Assembly: GCA_040755725.1 (NCBI GenBank)
Contig: JBFMAI010000032.1
Coordinates: 85,467 to 149,466 of the forward strand
Reading direction: 5' to 3'
From: Planctomycetota bacterium
Lineage (GTDB): Bacteria > Planctomycetota > Phycisphaerae > UBA1845 > Fen-1342
DNA: 64,000 bases
Shown: piece by piece, positions 1-9,024 of the stretch
How positions within the stretch are numbered: position 1 is the stretch's first letter
Layout of the letters: each line of letters begins with the position of its first letter
Program-made: the position numbers and the translations under genes
The notes under the pieces: model-generated
Database searches by the model: none
Told to the model about the DNA's origin: nothing
Seen by the model: the letters and a program-made list of their open reading frames with translations, nothing else

Positions 1-564
1 CTCGATCGTGCAGTGATACCGGTCCATGTCCTCGAGCGTCGCAAACCGCTGACAGACCTGCTGCGTCAGGTCGCCGTACGGCATCGGGTGCCGGACGGCG
101 GCCACCTTCCTGCCCGCCGCCTTCAACAGCTTGACCACTGCCCGCGACGTCTGGCTCTTGCCACAGCCCGTGCGCACGGCACACACGGCGATGACCGGCT
201 TGCTGCTCTTGAGCATGGTGTGCCGGTGCCCGAGCATGCAGAAGTCGGCCCCGGCCGCGTTCACGAGGGCCCCCTTGTGCATGACCACTTCGTGCGGCAG
301 ATCGGAGTACGCGATCGCCACGAGGTCCACGCCGTGTTTGTGGATGAGCTTCTCAATGTCCGCCTCGGCGTGAATTGGGATGCCCTTCGGATACCGCGGG
401 CCGGCCAGTTCGGGCGGATAAACCCGCCCGGCGATGTCGGGGATTTGGGCCGCCGTGAAGGCGACGACCTCGAACGCCGGGTTGTCCCGCCAGTAGGTGT
501 TGAAATCGTGGAAATCGCGCCCGGCGGCGCCCATGATGATGACTTTGCGGGTTGGGTTGCTCAT
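1..564 (-). CDS. COG2403-like predicted P-loop GTPase / cyclic 2,3-diphosphoglycerate synthetase family protein. N-terminal part only; the gene runs off the window start.
   Basis: Reverse-complement translation from ATG (complement of 562-564) gives MSNPTRKVIIMGAAGRDFHDFNTYWRDNPAFEVVAF...AVCAVRTGCGKSQTSR with a P-loop-like motif and high GC3. It is not in the ORF track because it is open to the window edge. The listed + ORF 13..750 is its antisense. Confidence 0.55.
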   Translation of the reverse strand, partial: MSNPTRKVIIMGAAGRDFHDFNTYWRDNPAFEVVAFTAAQIPDIAGRVYPPELAGPRYPKGIPIHAEADIEKLIHKHGVDLVAIAYSDLPHEVVMHKGALVNAAGADFCMLGHRHTMLKSSKPVIAVCAVRTGCGKSQTSRAVVKLLKAAGRKVAAVRHPMPYGDLTQQVCQRFATLEDMDRYHCTIE

Positions 565-1146
565 ACGTGTGTCGTCTCAGCTCCGCAGGCTCGCGTTCCA
601 CCTCGCGTGCCGCGGGTCCGCGCCGCGCGGCACGTCACACAGCCGATTCCTGCGGGCGACAACATAGCCGCCAACCGCGGTCCGCTCAAGTTGCCGCGCC
701 AGCAGGGGGGTTGTCGGGCCCTGAGGGTCAGGGTACGATCGGTTGTGTGACGTTCCGCCGTTGAAGACCGCCGACAGAACCCACCACGCCAGTGGTGAGC
801 TGCTTCGCCCCGCACTTGCGTGCGGCGTTCTGATGGGTCCCAGGGTTGCTGCGAGGTGCGGACGTGCGACGACGCGTGCGACTGCTGTTCCTGGTGCTGT
901 GCCTGACCCTGACCACCGGCGTTCCCGCCCGGGCCGAGGAGACCCGATTTCAAGAGCCGGGCGTGAGTTACCTCGAGGAACGCGGGCCGTACCTGGAGTG
1001 GGGCTTGGGAGCGCTGATCGTCATTGCCTGCCTTCTGATTGCGTTCAAAAACCCGCACCGCTCCCATATGGACTAAGCACCTTTCCGAACCCTGCACGCG
1101 AGTGCGGGGCCGGACCGCGGGCCCTTGTCCCAAAAAGGAGAGCCTC

Positions 1147-1428
1147 ATGCCAAAGAACAAGCTATTGACGGTTTTGCTGTGCCTAAACCTCATACTTGCG
1201 GCTGCCCTGGTGTTTCACTCGCTCCCTCCGCGTACTGCCGCAGCGCAAGGGACCGGCCTCGGCGGCAACTTCCTGGCGGTCACCGGCGAGATACAGAGCA
1301 AATTCGACGCGCTGTACCTCATGGACCTGCAAAACCGCACCCTTCATGTCTTTTATTTCCAGAAGGGGAGTCAGGACCTCCAGTACGCCGGCTACCGCGA
1401 CCTGGAACGCGACTTCCGTAACAACTGA
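1147..1428 (+). CDS. Small secreted or membrane-anchored hypothetical protein (94 aa) with an N-terminal hydrophobic segment
   Basis: ATG at 1147 is preceded by aaaaaggaga (RBS). The N-terminus MPKNKLLTVLLCLNLILAAALVF is a signal/TM-anchor. The stop overlaps the start of the next paralog (TGATG). Confidence 0.55.
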   Translation: MPKNKLLTVLLCLNLILAAALVFHSLPPRTAAAQGTGLGGNFLAVTGEIQSKFDALYLMDLQNRTLHVFYFQKGSQDLQYAGYRDLERDFRNN

Positions 1429-1790
1429 TGTACGAGAGCTTTAGCATGATTACTACGACCGTGAACCGCCTCTCGCCCGCAGCGCTGGCCTCCGGCGCCC
1501 TGGGGCTGACCGCCTGCGCTCTCTTCGTCGCGCTGATCCTCGTCACCCAGCCCGCCGCGCAAGCGATCGGGATGAACGACCGCGGCGGTGACTACATCAT
1601 GCTGACGCAGCAGCTTTCGTCGACGACGGAAGGCGTCGTCGTCATTGATGCCGCCGCCAAGCAGATGATCATTTATGCCTTCGATTACAACACCAAGACC
1701 CTCGAAATACTCCGACAAGTGCCCCTCGAGCAACTGCCCAAACCCCGCGATCGCGGCGCGCCGACGCCGACGTCACCCCGGCGGCGCTAA
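1428..1790 (+). CDS. Small membrane-anchored hypothetical protein (120 aa), paralog of the preceding gene
   Basis: It has a TM segment LGLTACALFVALILV. The C-terminal approximately 50 aa (DYIMLTQQLSSTTEGVVVIDAAAKQMIIYAFDYN) align with NFLAVTGEIQSKFDALYLMDLQNRTLHVFYFQ of the upstream gene. It is translationally coupled to that gene. Confidence 0.55.
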   Translation: MYESFSMITTTVNRLSPAALASGALGLTACALFVALILVTQPAAQAIGMNDRGGDYIMLTQQLSSTTEGVVVIDAAAKQMIIYAFDYNTKTLEILRQVPLEQLPKPRDRGAPTPTSPRRR

Positions 1791-2505
1791 ACCGTGTAAC
1801 AACCGACCGTGACGGCGGACTCACGGGGGTGGCCAGCCACCGCCGGGCGCACCGGAAGCCGGCGGCAGAGCACGTGGGGGCCGGGAACCGAGCCGCATCA
1901 GGTTGGTTCGCCGGGGGCGGGCGCGTGGATTTGCCGTCCTGGCGGTAATCGACGATTGGCAGGAGATAACGCAACATAATATATCTTATCGGACGTTATC
2001 TGCCCCTCGCGTGAACGGCCCCATCGCCACGCCCCCGGTTGGGCCGCCCGCTACCGACTGTGCACGTGATGCGGGTGGCTGCCGCGCGCCTCCGGCGCGC
2101 CAGGGGCCGCTGGCGTTCTAGACCGGTATTGACCTGAGGGCGGGTCATACGGGTGCGTCCTGCGGCTAGTGGGCTGGTGGACGGGGCGGCAGGTTATTGC
2201 ACTTGAGGATGCTGGTCGCGGCGCGTGCAGCACGCCGAGTGGGTCGGCAGGCCGGTCTCCACGGCCGGAGGGTTGGAGCGGCTCGCCGTGGACGCCGCCG
2301 TCGCGGTGCGATGATGCCTAGGGTGTCACCTATGCGCCTGACACTTTAAGAGGCGACTTGTGAGCAGGGTGGCGAAGTGTAGGCTGGCAACTGAGGAGAG
2401 ATTATCGGAGAGGGCCGGCAACATGCCGCGGGCGTGTCGCGCGGCGTAGTAACGAGGATGAGGTGTGAGCCCAGTCGGGCGCACTGCGGAGGAGGAGACA
2501 GACTC

Positions 2506-3156
2506 ATGGCAAAGCGGGGCCGGCTTGCGATCGCAGGCGTGATGACGGTGTGTGCCGTCGCGGCGGCGGGTACGATCGATCTCGGCGGCGGATGGCTGGC
2601 CAGTTGGCCGGCACCGCACGGCTCGATCGACATCCGCGTGGACCAGGTCACGCCGGAGTTCGTGAAGATCGAGATTTCAAAGGATTTCTATGATCCGCCC
2701 GTCGGCGGCATCTTCCCGCCGCGGGTGATCGACTTCATCCAGAATAAGCCCGACGGGCAGACCGTGCCGCGGCTGATCATTCTGGACGAGACGATTACGA
2801 ACCTGACCGGTGTGGATTGGACGGACTACCACTGGACGGTGTTGAATCAGGGCGACGCGTGGTTCAACGTGCCGTTGTCCGCAGCGTTCGACGTGGCGCC
2901 ATTCACGGTCAAGGTATTCTCCGACCCGGCCAATGTCTTCGGTGACCCGAACAAGGCGACGGACTTGGACGCCAGCAGCGGCTTGGTGCCGGCGTTCGGC
3001 ACCTTCTGGCCCGGCCATGCGGCGGGTGAACTCGTCATCGATGTGGACCTGACGCCCACAGTGCCGGTGTCGTTCACGTTCAAGCAGTTCCCGACGCCGG
3101 AGCCGGCCAGTCTGTTGCTGTTGGGTGTCGGCGCCTTGGTGGTTCGCCGCAGGTAG
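2506..3156 (+). CDS. PEP-CTERM sorting-domain protein (paralog A)
   Basis: C-terminus FPTPEPASLLLLGVGALVVRRR (PEP motif, TM segment, Arg cluster). N-terminal signal peptide. The RBS ggaggaggag lies 8 nt upstream of ATG 2506. Confidence 0.8.
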   Translation: MAKRGRLAIAGVMTVCAVAAAGTIDLGGGWLASWPAPHGSIDIRVDQVTPEFVKIEISKDFYDPPVGGIFPPRVIDFIQNKPDGQTVPRLIILDETITNLTGVDWTDYHWTVLNQGDAWFNVPLSAAFDVAPFTVKVFSDPANVFGDPNKATDLDASSGLVPAFGTFWPGHAAGELVIDVDLTPTVPVSFTFKQFPTPEPASLLLLGVGALVVRRR

Positions 3157-3321
3157 TCACGGGCGGGGTCGACGGGGGCGCGGTGCCTTGTGGGGCGGCG
3201 CCGCGCCCTCGGTAATTCTTCAGAGAGAGGCTTGCAACGACGGGGGGTGTTTTTGTGTCTACGGGTCGTCCGTTGGCGGGCACAGCCAGCAGGACGGGAC
3301 ACACATCTGGCCGGTCGCGCG

Positions 3322-3348
3322 GCCCGGCACTGGCGTGCGGGGTTCTGG
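3322..3348 (+). repeat. Minimal copy (single hairpin plus GGTTCTG arm) of the REP-like family
   Basis: Sequence cccggcactggcgtgcggggttctggtc. Same hairpin and right-arm motif as the full copies listed below. Confidence 0.35.
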
Positions 3349-3823
3349 TCAGCGTGACGGATGCCAGAATCGCCACCACACGGTACGGTACATGAGAGCG
3401 GCATTAACTATGTATGTATTCCCGGACGTGTAGTTGATTGCGAGAACGGCATGGCAGTCCCCCGCAGAAGTGGCGTTGGCCCCCCGTGGCGAACGTGGAC
3501 TGCCGAAAACGGCCCGATATCCCGCTCCGCCGCGGGCGGCGAGTGCGGCGGCGGACTCTGCGGTGGGCTGATTGGCGGCAGCGGTGCGCTCTGGCCTTGT
3601 CCAGTTGGCAACAGGGCGGTAGGTGCGGGTGGCGTCATCGTGAGCTGAGTATTCGGTGCGCACCAGGACGGCGGCGAGAACCGTGTTCCATGCACATATT
3701 GCGTTGCACCCGTGGCACCATTCGGATACACTAAGCGATGGAAGGATAGGTCTGCCCTCGGGTCGCGCTGGCGATGGACTTCTTGTGGAAGTATGGCGAG
3801 GCCGAGGGGAGGAGGAGCGGCTA

Positions 3824-4486
3824 ATGAAAGCCCAGGGTAAGTGCGTGCTGTATGCGGGCGCCATGGCGCTCGCGCTGGTGAACGTGGCCTTGGCCGGGAC
3901 GATTGACGTGGGGGGCGGTTGGCGCGCGAGCTGGCCCACGCCGCCGGGCGGCTTGGACATCCAGGTCGACGAAGTGACCCCCCAGTTCGTGAAGATCCGG
4001 ATCGTCAAGGATTTCACGGCCCCGCCCACCGGCGGCGTGTTTGAGCCGCGCGTAATCGACTTCGTCCAGATCAAGCCCGATGCCGAGACGGTCCCGCAGA
4101 TCATCATCAGCCAGGAGACCATCTCCAACCTGACCGGCGCGCCGTGGACAGACTACCACTGGGCCGTGTTCAACCAGGGCGAAGTTTGGTTCAAGGTGCC
4201 GGAGTCAGCGGCTTTTGATGTGACGCCTTTTGCAAACAAGGCCTTCTCCGACCCGTACCAGATCTTCAACGACCCCAATCGAGCCACGGACCTGGACGTG
4301 GACGGCGGGCTGGTGCCTCCGGGCGGAGTATTCTCCCCGGGCGCGGTCGCCGGCGATCTCTGCATCGGCATTGACCTGACGGCGAGTGTCCCCGTTTCGT
4401 TCACGTTCAAGCAGTTCCCGACGCCCGAGCCGGCCGGCCTTGTGCTGGTCACGTTGGGTGCGTTGGCCCTGCGTCGACGCGGATAG
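3824..4486 (+). CDS. PEP-CTERM sorting-domain protein (paralog B of 2506..3156)
   Basis: Approximately 60% identical to paralog A across the whole length (TIDLGGGW/TIDVGGGW, VTPEFVKIEI/VTPQFVKIRI, NLTGVDWTDYHW/NLTGAPWTDYHW). C-terminus FPTPEPAGLVLVTLGALALRRRG. Same ggaggaggag RBS. Confidence 0.8.
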   Translation: MKAQGKCVLYAGAMALALVNVALAGTIDVGGGWRASWPTPPGGLDIQVDEVTPQFVKIRIVKDFTAPPTGGVFEPRVIDFVQIKPDAETVPQIIISQETISNLTGAPWTDYHWAVFNQGEVWFKVPESAAFDVTPFANKAFSDPYQIFNDPNRATDLDVDGGLVPPGGVFSPGAVAGDLCIGIDLTASVPVSFTFKQFPTPEPAGLVLVTLGALALRRRG

Positions 4487-4647
4487 CGCGCGCCGGCGGA
4501 CCGATTTGCAAACAAGCAGCGCTCCGGATCGCCGGGCTGGCTTTCCGGGGTGCTGCTCTTGCATTGAGATCGGCCCCCGAGCCCGTGCCAGGGGCACATC
4601 GGAGCCGATTTGCCCGCGGACTCTCACGTGCACGTCGGCGCCGTGAG

Positions 4648-5763
4648 CTATAGCAAGCCGCGCAGTGTTCGCACGACATGGTCGGCATCGGCTTCCGTCA
4701 GGTGGTTGTGGAACGGCAGCGCGATCGTCCGCTCCGCCAACGCCTCGGTGATCGGGAAGTCACCGCGCCGGTGGCCGAAACGCTCGGCATAGAACGGTTG
4801 AAGGTGGATGGGCGTGAAGTAGTTGTTGCAGCCGATACCCTGCTGTCGCAACCTCGCCAGGATCGCGTCGCGCTGCGCCAGGGTGTATTCGTCGCTCAGC
4901 CGCACAACGAACACGAACCAACTGACCTTCACGTGCGACGGAACGTGCATGACGGACAGACGCGGCTCGTCGGCCAGCCGGTCGATGTACATTTGCGCCA
5001 CGCGCGCCCGCTTGGCGAGGATTTCGTCCAGACGCCGCATCTGCACCGTCCCCAGCGCCGCCTGAAAGTCCGTCATGCGGTAGTTGAACCCCAGGCGGGC
5101 GTGCGCGAGCCAGCCGGCGTCGGGGTCGCGCCCCTGGTTGCACAGCGAGCGCACCAGGAACGCGATGCGGTCGTCGTTGGTGACAATCAACCCCCCTTCC
5201 CCGGTCGTGATCTGCTTGTTGGGGTAGAACGCGAATACGCCCGCCTCGCCCAGCGTCCCCGCCGGCCGACCCTTGTAGGTCGCCCCGATGGCCTCGCACG
5301 AGTCCTCGAGCACCCGCAGCCGGTGTCGGCGGGCCAGCGGCAGGAGCGCGTCCCAGTCCGGCAGGTTGCCGAAGATGTCCACCGGCAGCAGGGCCTTGGT
5401 CCGCGGCGTGATCGCGGCCTCAATTCGGTTGACGTCGATCTGCCACGTCTTCGGATCCACGTCCACAAACACCGGCCGGGCCCCGTCGAACAGAATGCTA
5501 TTGGCCGAGGCGATAAACGAGAACGGCGTCGTAATGACCTCGTCGCCGGGACCGATCCCCAAGGCCCGCCAGCAGACGTGCAGGCCGCAGGTCCCGCTAC
5601 TGCAACAGACCGCGTGCTTCACGCCGAACCGCTGCCGGAACATCTGTTCAAACTCGCCCAGGCGCGGCCCCAGGCTCAAGCGGTCGGACCGCAGGACCGC
5701 CACGACCGCGTCAATCTCCGCTTGGGTAAGGTCCGGTGCCGACAGGCTGATCTCACGGCTCAC
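4648..5763 (-). CDS. DegT/DnrJ/EryC1/StrS family PLP-dependent sugar aminotransferase
   Basis: Full-length family similarity. Example stretches: SSGTCGLHVCWRALGIGPGDEVITTPFSFIASAN, LLPVDIFGNLPDWDALLPLA. Confidence 0.85.
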   Translation of the reverse strand: MSREISLSAPDLTQAEIDAVVAVLRSDRLSLGPRLGEFEQMFRQRFGVKHAVCCSSGTCGLHVCWRALGIGPGDEVITTPFSFIASANSILFDGARPVFVDVDPKTWQIDVNRIEAAITPRTKALLPVDIFGNLPDWDALLPLARRHRLRVLEDSCEAIGATYKGRPAGTLGEAGVFAFYPNKQITTGEGGLIVTNDDRIAFLVRSLCNQGRDPDAGWLAHARLGFNYRMTDFQAALGTVQMRRLDEILAKRARVAQMYIDRLADEPRLSVMHVPSHVKVSWFVFVVRLSDEYTLAQRDAILARLRQQGIGCNNYFTPIHLQPFYAERFGHRRGDFPITEALAERTIALPFHNHLTEADADHVVRTLRGLL

Positions 5764-5842
5764 GAGGTTCTCCCAAACAGGATACGTTGCGCCCGCGCCC
5801 CGGTCGGCGCCGGCGTGAAAACCGGTATCATATCGGCCAGCG

Positions 5843-7990
5843 ATGCCGACCGCTCGTTCCGCAGGATGGCTGCCGAGCTTCCGCCGCTCGGTCCGTTACC
5901 TCCGCCCCCACCGGCGGCCGCTGATTATCGGGCTGGTGGCGGCGGTGGGTGTCAGCATCTTCTATACGTTCAGCGTGTCCAGCATAGTTCCGGTGCTCAA
6001 GATCATTTTCGCGGAGCACGAGTCGCTGGTCGATTGGCTGCACCGTTCGCAGGCGGAACGCCGACTGGGGGCCGCCATGGCGCCCGATCTCCCCGACGAT
6101 CCGCACGGGCTGACCCTGGTGACGGTCCGCGACCTGTCGCCTGCGGCCGGGCGGCTCGCCGCCGGCGACCGGCTGGTCGCGCTGGGGGGGCATGCGGGCA
6201 GTTCCTACGAGCTGGCCGCGCGCATCGCCGACCACCCTGACGCCCTGCTGCGCGACGTGGAGATTGTCGCCCCTGACGGCGTGCGTCGGCGGGTGGACCT
6301 CCCGATCGGCCAGCGGGGTTGGTGGTGGACCGTGGCCCGTCCGGCCGCGGAGTTGCTGCCGATGGGACGCAGCCCGGCCGATCGCTTCCTGGCGTTGCTG
6401 CTTGTGATGGGCGCGGTCGTCGTCATTGCGCTGCTCGGGGGCGTGTTCCGCTTCGTCAATGAGGGACTGGTGGCCACGGCGGTGCAGCGCACGATTCACG
6501 ATTTGCGGACTGCACTGGCCGACCACACCCTACGACTACCGCTCGATTGGCATAGCGCGCAGCCGGCGGGGGACGTGCTCAGCCGCTTTGCCACCGATCT
6601 CGCCAAGGTCGAGGTCGGCCTGATGACCCTCTTCGGCAAGGTGACGCGCGAGCCGCTGAAGGCCCTCGGCGTCCTCACGCTCACCATCCTGATCGAGTGG
6701 CGGCTGCTCGTGATCGCCGTCATCGGCCTGCCGATCGGCGTCGTGGTCATCCGCACCTTCGGCGAGTGGGTCAAGCGGTCGCAGCGCCGCGCCTCGGAGT
6801 CGTGGGGGCGGTTGCTGGACCACCTCGGCGAGCGCCTCGCCGGCATCCGGGAGGTCAAGGCGTGCCATCAGGAGGCCCGCGAGGCCGGTCGCTTCGAGCA
6901 CGAAGGCCGCAACCTCACCCGCGCCCAGACGCACATCGAGCTGGTGGACGCCGCCAGCAACCCCGTACTGGAAGTCCTGGCGGCCCTGGCGATTTCGGCG
7001 TTTATCATCTACGGGGGGGCCCGCGTGTTCCACCATCAGCTCGAGCCGCACCTGCTCTTCGGGGCGGTCATCTGCCTCGGCGGCATTTTCGACCCGCTGC
7101 GCAAGATGGGGAACGTGAACAACCGGCTGCAAGCGGCGGAGGCGTCGGCCCGGCGGCTGTTCGAGGTCCTGGACCGACCGACCGAGGAGCCCCCGGCCGC
7201 ACGGAGGGCGCGCCCCGCCCTGCCCCCGCTGAGTCGGCAGATCGAGTTTGACAATGTGACGTTCGCGTATCCGACCGCCCCGGACCAATTGGTGCTCGAT
7301 CGCATCAGTCTGGGTGTTCGCAAGGGCCAGGTGGTGGCACTAGCGGGGCCCAACGGGTCCGGCAAGACGACGCTCATGTCCTTGCTGCTGCGGTTCTTCC
7401 AGCCGACGCGCGGACGAATCCTCATCGACGGGACCGATATCGCGGACGTCACGCTGGAGTCGCTGCGCGGGCAGATCGGCCTCGTGACGCAGGACGCCGT
7501 CATCTTCAGCGACACCGTGCGGAGCAACATCGCGTACGGGGCGGCGGGGGCGACCGACGAGGACGTGCAGCGGGCGGCCCGCCTGGCCCACGTGGACGAT
7601 TTCATCCGCACACTGCGGGTTGACGCCAACGGCCGGTCGGCGAGCGGGTACGAGGCGTGGATCAGCGGGCGCACGCTTTCCGGCGGCCAGCGGCAGCGCA
7701 TCGCTTTGGCACGGGCCATCTTGCGTGATCCTCCGATCCTGATCCTGGACGAAGCGACCAGTCAGGTGGATAGCGAGTCGGAACAGCGCATTCAAGCGGC
7801 TTTGGAGGATGTGACCCGCAATCGCACCACGTTCATCATCGCCCATCGCTTCAGCACGATCGCCCGCGCGGACCTCACCGTCGTCCTGGACCAAGGCCGC
7901 ATCGTTGGCCTGGGACGTCACGCCGAACTGCTGACCACCTGCCCCTTCTACGACAACCTGGTGCGCACGCAATTCGCCGCGGCGAGTTGA
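5843..7990 (+). CDS. ABC exporter, fused permease/ATPase (MsbA-like), with a PDZ-like domain inserted in the first periplasmic loop
   Basis: Six-TM core, Walker A GPNGSGKTTL, ABC signature LSGGQRQRIALARAIL, Walker B ILILDEATSQVD. At aa 88-153 sits GLTLVTVRDLSPAAGRLAAGDRLVALGG...DVEIVAPDGVRRRVDL, which resembles a PDZ fold, between TM1 and TM2. Confidence 0.8.
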   Translation: MPTARSAGWLPSFRRSVRYLRPHRRPLIIGLVAAVGVSIFYTFSVSSIVPVLKIIFAEHESLVDWLHRSQAERRLGAAMAPDLPDDPHGLTLVTVRDLSPAAGRLAAGDRLVALGGHAGSSYELAARIADHPDALLRDVEIVAPDGVRRRVDLPIGQRGWWWTVARPAAELLPMGRSPADRFLALLLVMGAVVVIALLGGVFRFVNEGLVATAVQRTIHDLRTALADHTLRLPLDWHSAQPAGDVLSRFATDLAKVEVGLMTLFGKVTREPLKALGVLTLTILIEWRLLVIAVIGLPIGVVVIRTFGEWVKRSQRRASESWGRLLDHLGERLAGIREVKACHQEAREAGRFEHEGRNLTRAQTHIELVDAASNPVLEVLAALAISAFIIYGGARVFHHQLEPHLLFGAVICLGGIFDPLRKMGNVNNRLQAAEASARRLFEVLDRPTEEPPAARRARPALPPLSRQIEFDNVTFAYPTAPDQLVLDRISLGVRKGQVVALAGPNGSGKTTLMSLLLRFFQPTRGRILIDGTDIADVTLESLRGQIGLVTQDAVIFSDTVRSNIAYGAAGATDEDVQRAARLAHVDDFIRTLRVDANGRSASGYEAWISGRTLSGGQRQRIALARAILRDPPILILDEATSQVDSESEQRIQAALEDVTRNRTTFIIAHRFSTIARADLTVVLDQGRIVGLGRHAELLTTCPFYDNLVRTQFAAAS

Positions 7991-8137
7991 ACTCCACGGC
8001 CGGCGTCGGGGCGCGCCGGAGGGCGGAGTCTGATAACGGCGCGGCCATTTTTCTGCTCGCATCGCACAGCGGCAAAGTGCTAAGATCGGAGTGCGATTGC
8101 GGAAAATGGATCGACGCTGCTCGGCACGGGGAAAGAG

Positions 8138-8959
8138 ATGAGCAACCACCCCTTTGACTTGCTGATGGAATTGGACGCGGAGCAGATTCGACTCGACTGG
8201 GCCGCGCTGCACCTCGCCAAAGATGTGTACACGACGGTCAACGTCACGCGCTATGTGCGCCTCCTGGACGACCTGGCGGAGGAGGTGGCCGCGGCGCGTC
8301 CCGGCCTGGCCGCCAACCTGCGCTACCGCGCGCTGCAACGCGTCCTGGTGGAATCCTTCGGACTCACCGGCGACCGCGGGGACTACTACCACCCCGACAC
8401 GTGTTACTTGAACCGCGTCCTGGATCGCCGGCGCGGCGCGCCCATCAGTCTCGCGGTCGTGTGGATCGAGGTGGCCCGCCGGTTGAAGTGGCCCCTGACC
8501 GGTGTCGCGTTGCCCGGCCACTTCATCGTCCGTCTGGACGACCCCGAGCGGTTCCTGCTCATCGACCCCTTCCACGACGGCCGCCCGATTTCGATCGAAG
8601 ATTGCGAGGACCTGGTCGAAGAACGCCTCGGCGGGAGCATCAGGTTCACCACCGATCTGCTCGAACCCGTCGGTACACGTTCCATTCTGCTCCGACTGCT
8701 GCGCAACTTGCGCAACATCTACCTGACCCGCAACGATCTGGGCTACCTGGCGGTCACGCTGCGCCGTCTGGCCGCCATCGAGCCCACCAACGGTCGTCAC
8801 TTGCAAGACCTGGCGGCGGTGTGCTGCCGCCGGGGCGACGTGCGCGGTGCCGCGGCCCATCTCGCGCTATACCTGCACCGCACGCCGCACGCCGAAGACT
8901 CCCCGGTCGTCCGCCGTAACTTACAGCAGCTTCACGCGGCGCTGCTCGCGCGGAACTGA
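8138..8959 (+). CDS. Transglutaminase-like/TPR protein of the SirB1/YchA (UPF0162, COG2912) family
   Basis: PISLAVVWIEVARRLKWPLTGVALPGHFIVRL followed by a TPR-like C-terminus. Typical size of 273 aa. Confidence 0.65.
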   Translation: MSNHPFDLLMELDAEQIRLDWAALHLAKDVYTTVNVTRYVRLLDDLAEEVAAARPGLAANLRYRALQRVLVESFGLTGDRGDYYHPDTCYLNRVLDRRRGAPISLAVVWIEVARRLKWPLTGVALPGHFIVRLDDPERFLLIDPFHDGRPISIEDCEDLVEERLGGSIRFTTDLLEPVGTRSILLRLLRNLRNIYLTRNDLGYLAVTLRRLAAIEPTNGRHLQDLAAVCCRRGDVRGAAAHLALYLHRTPHAEDSPVVRRNLQQLHAALLARN

Positions 8960-9024
8960 CGACGACTCCATCGTACGCTACCATGTACTCCGCCTGACCG
9001 TGGCCGGGCCGGCGGGCCCGTCCT

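Noticed and set aside
13-750. 245-aa + strand ORF at the window start
   Set aside because: It is the antisense shadow of the minus-strand COG2403-like gene (1..564). The minus-frame translation gives a coherent P-loop protein with high GC3 and the + frame does not.
4678-6240. 520-aa + strand ORF
   Set aside because: Antisense to the DegT aminotransferase gene. Low-complexity Arg/Pro/Gly-rich translation typical of a high-GC antisense frame.
7340-8860. 506-aa minus-strand ORF
   Set aside because: Antisense to the ABC exporter and TGase-like genes, with no recognisable motifs. A stop-codon-poor frame due to GC richness.
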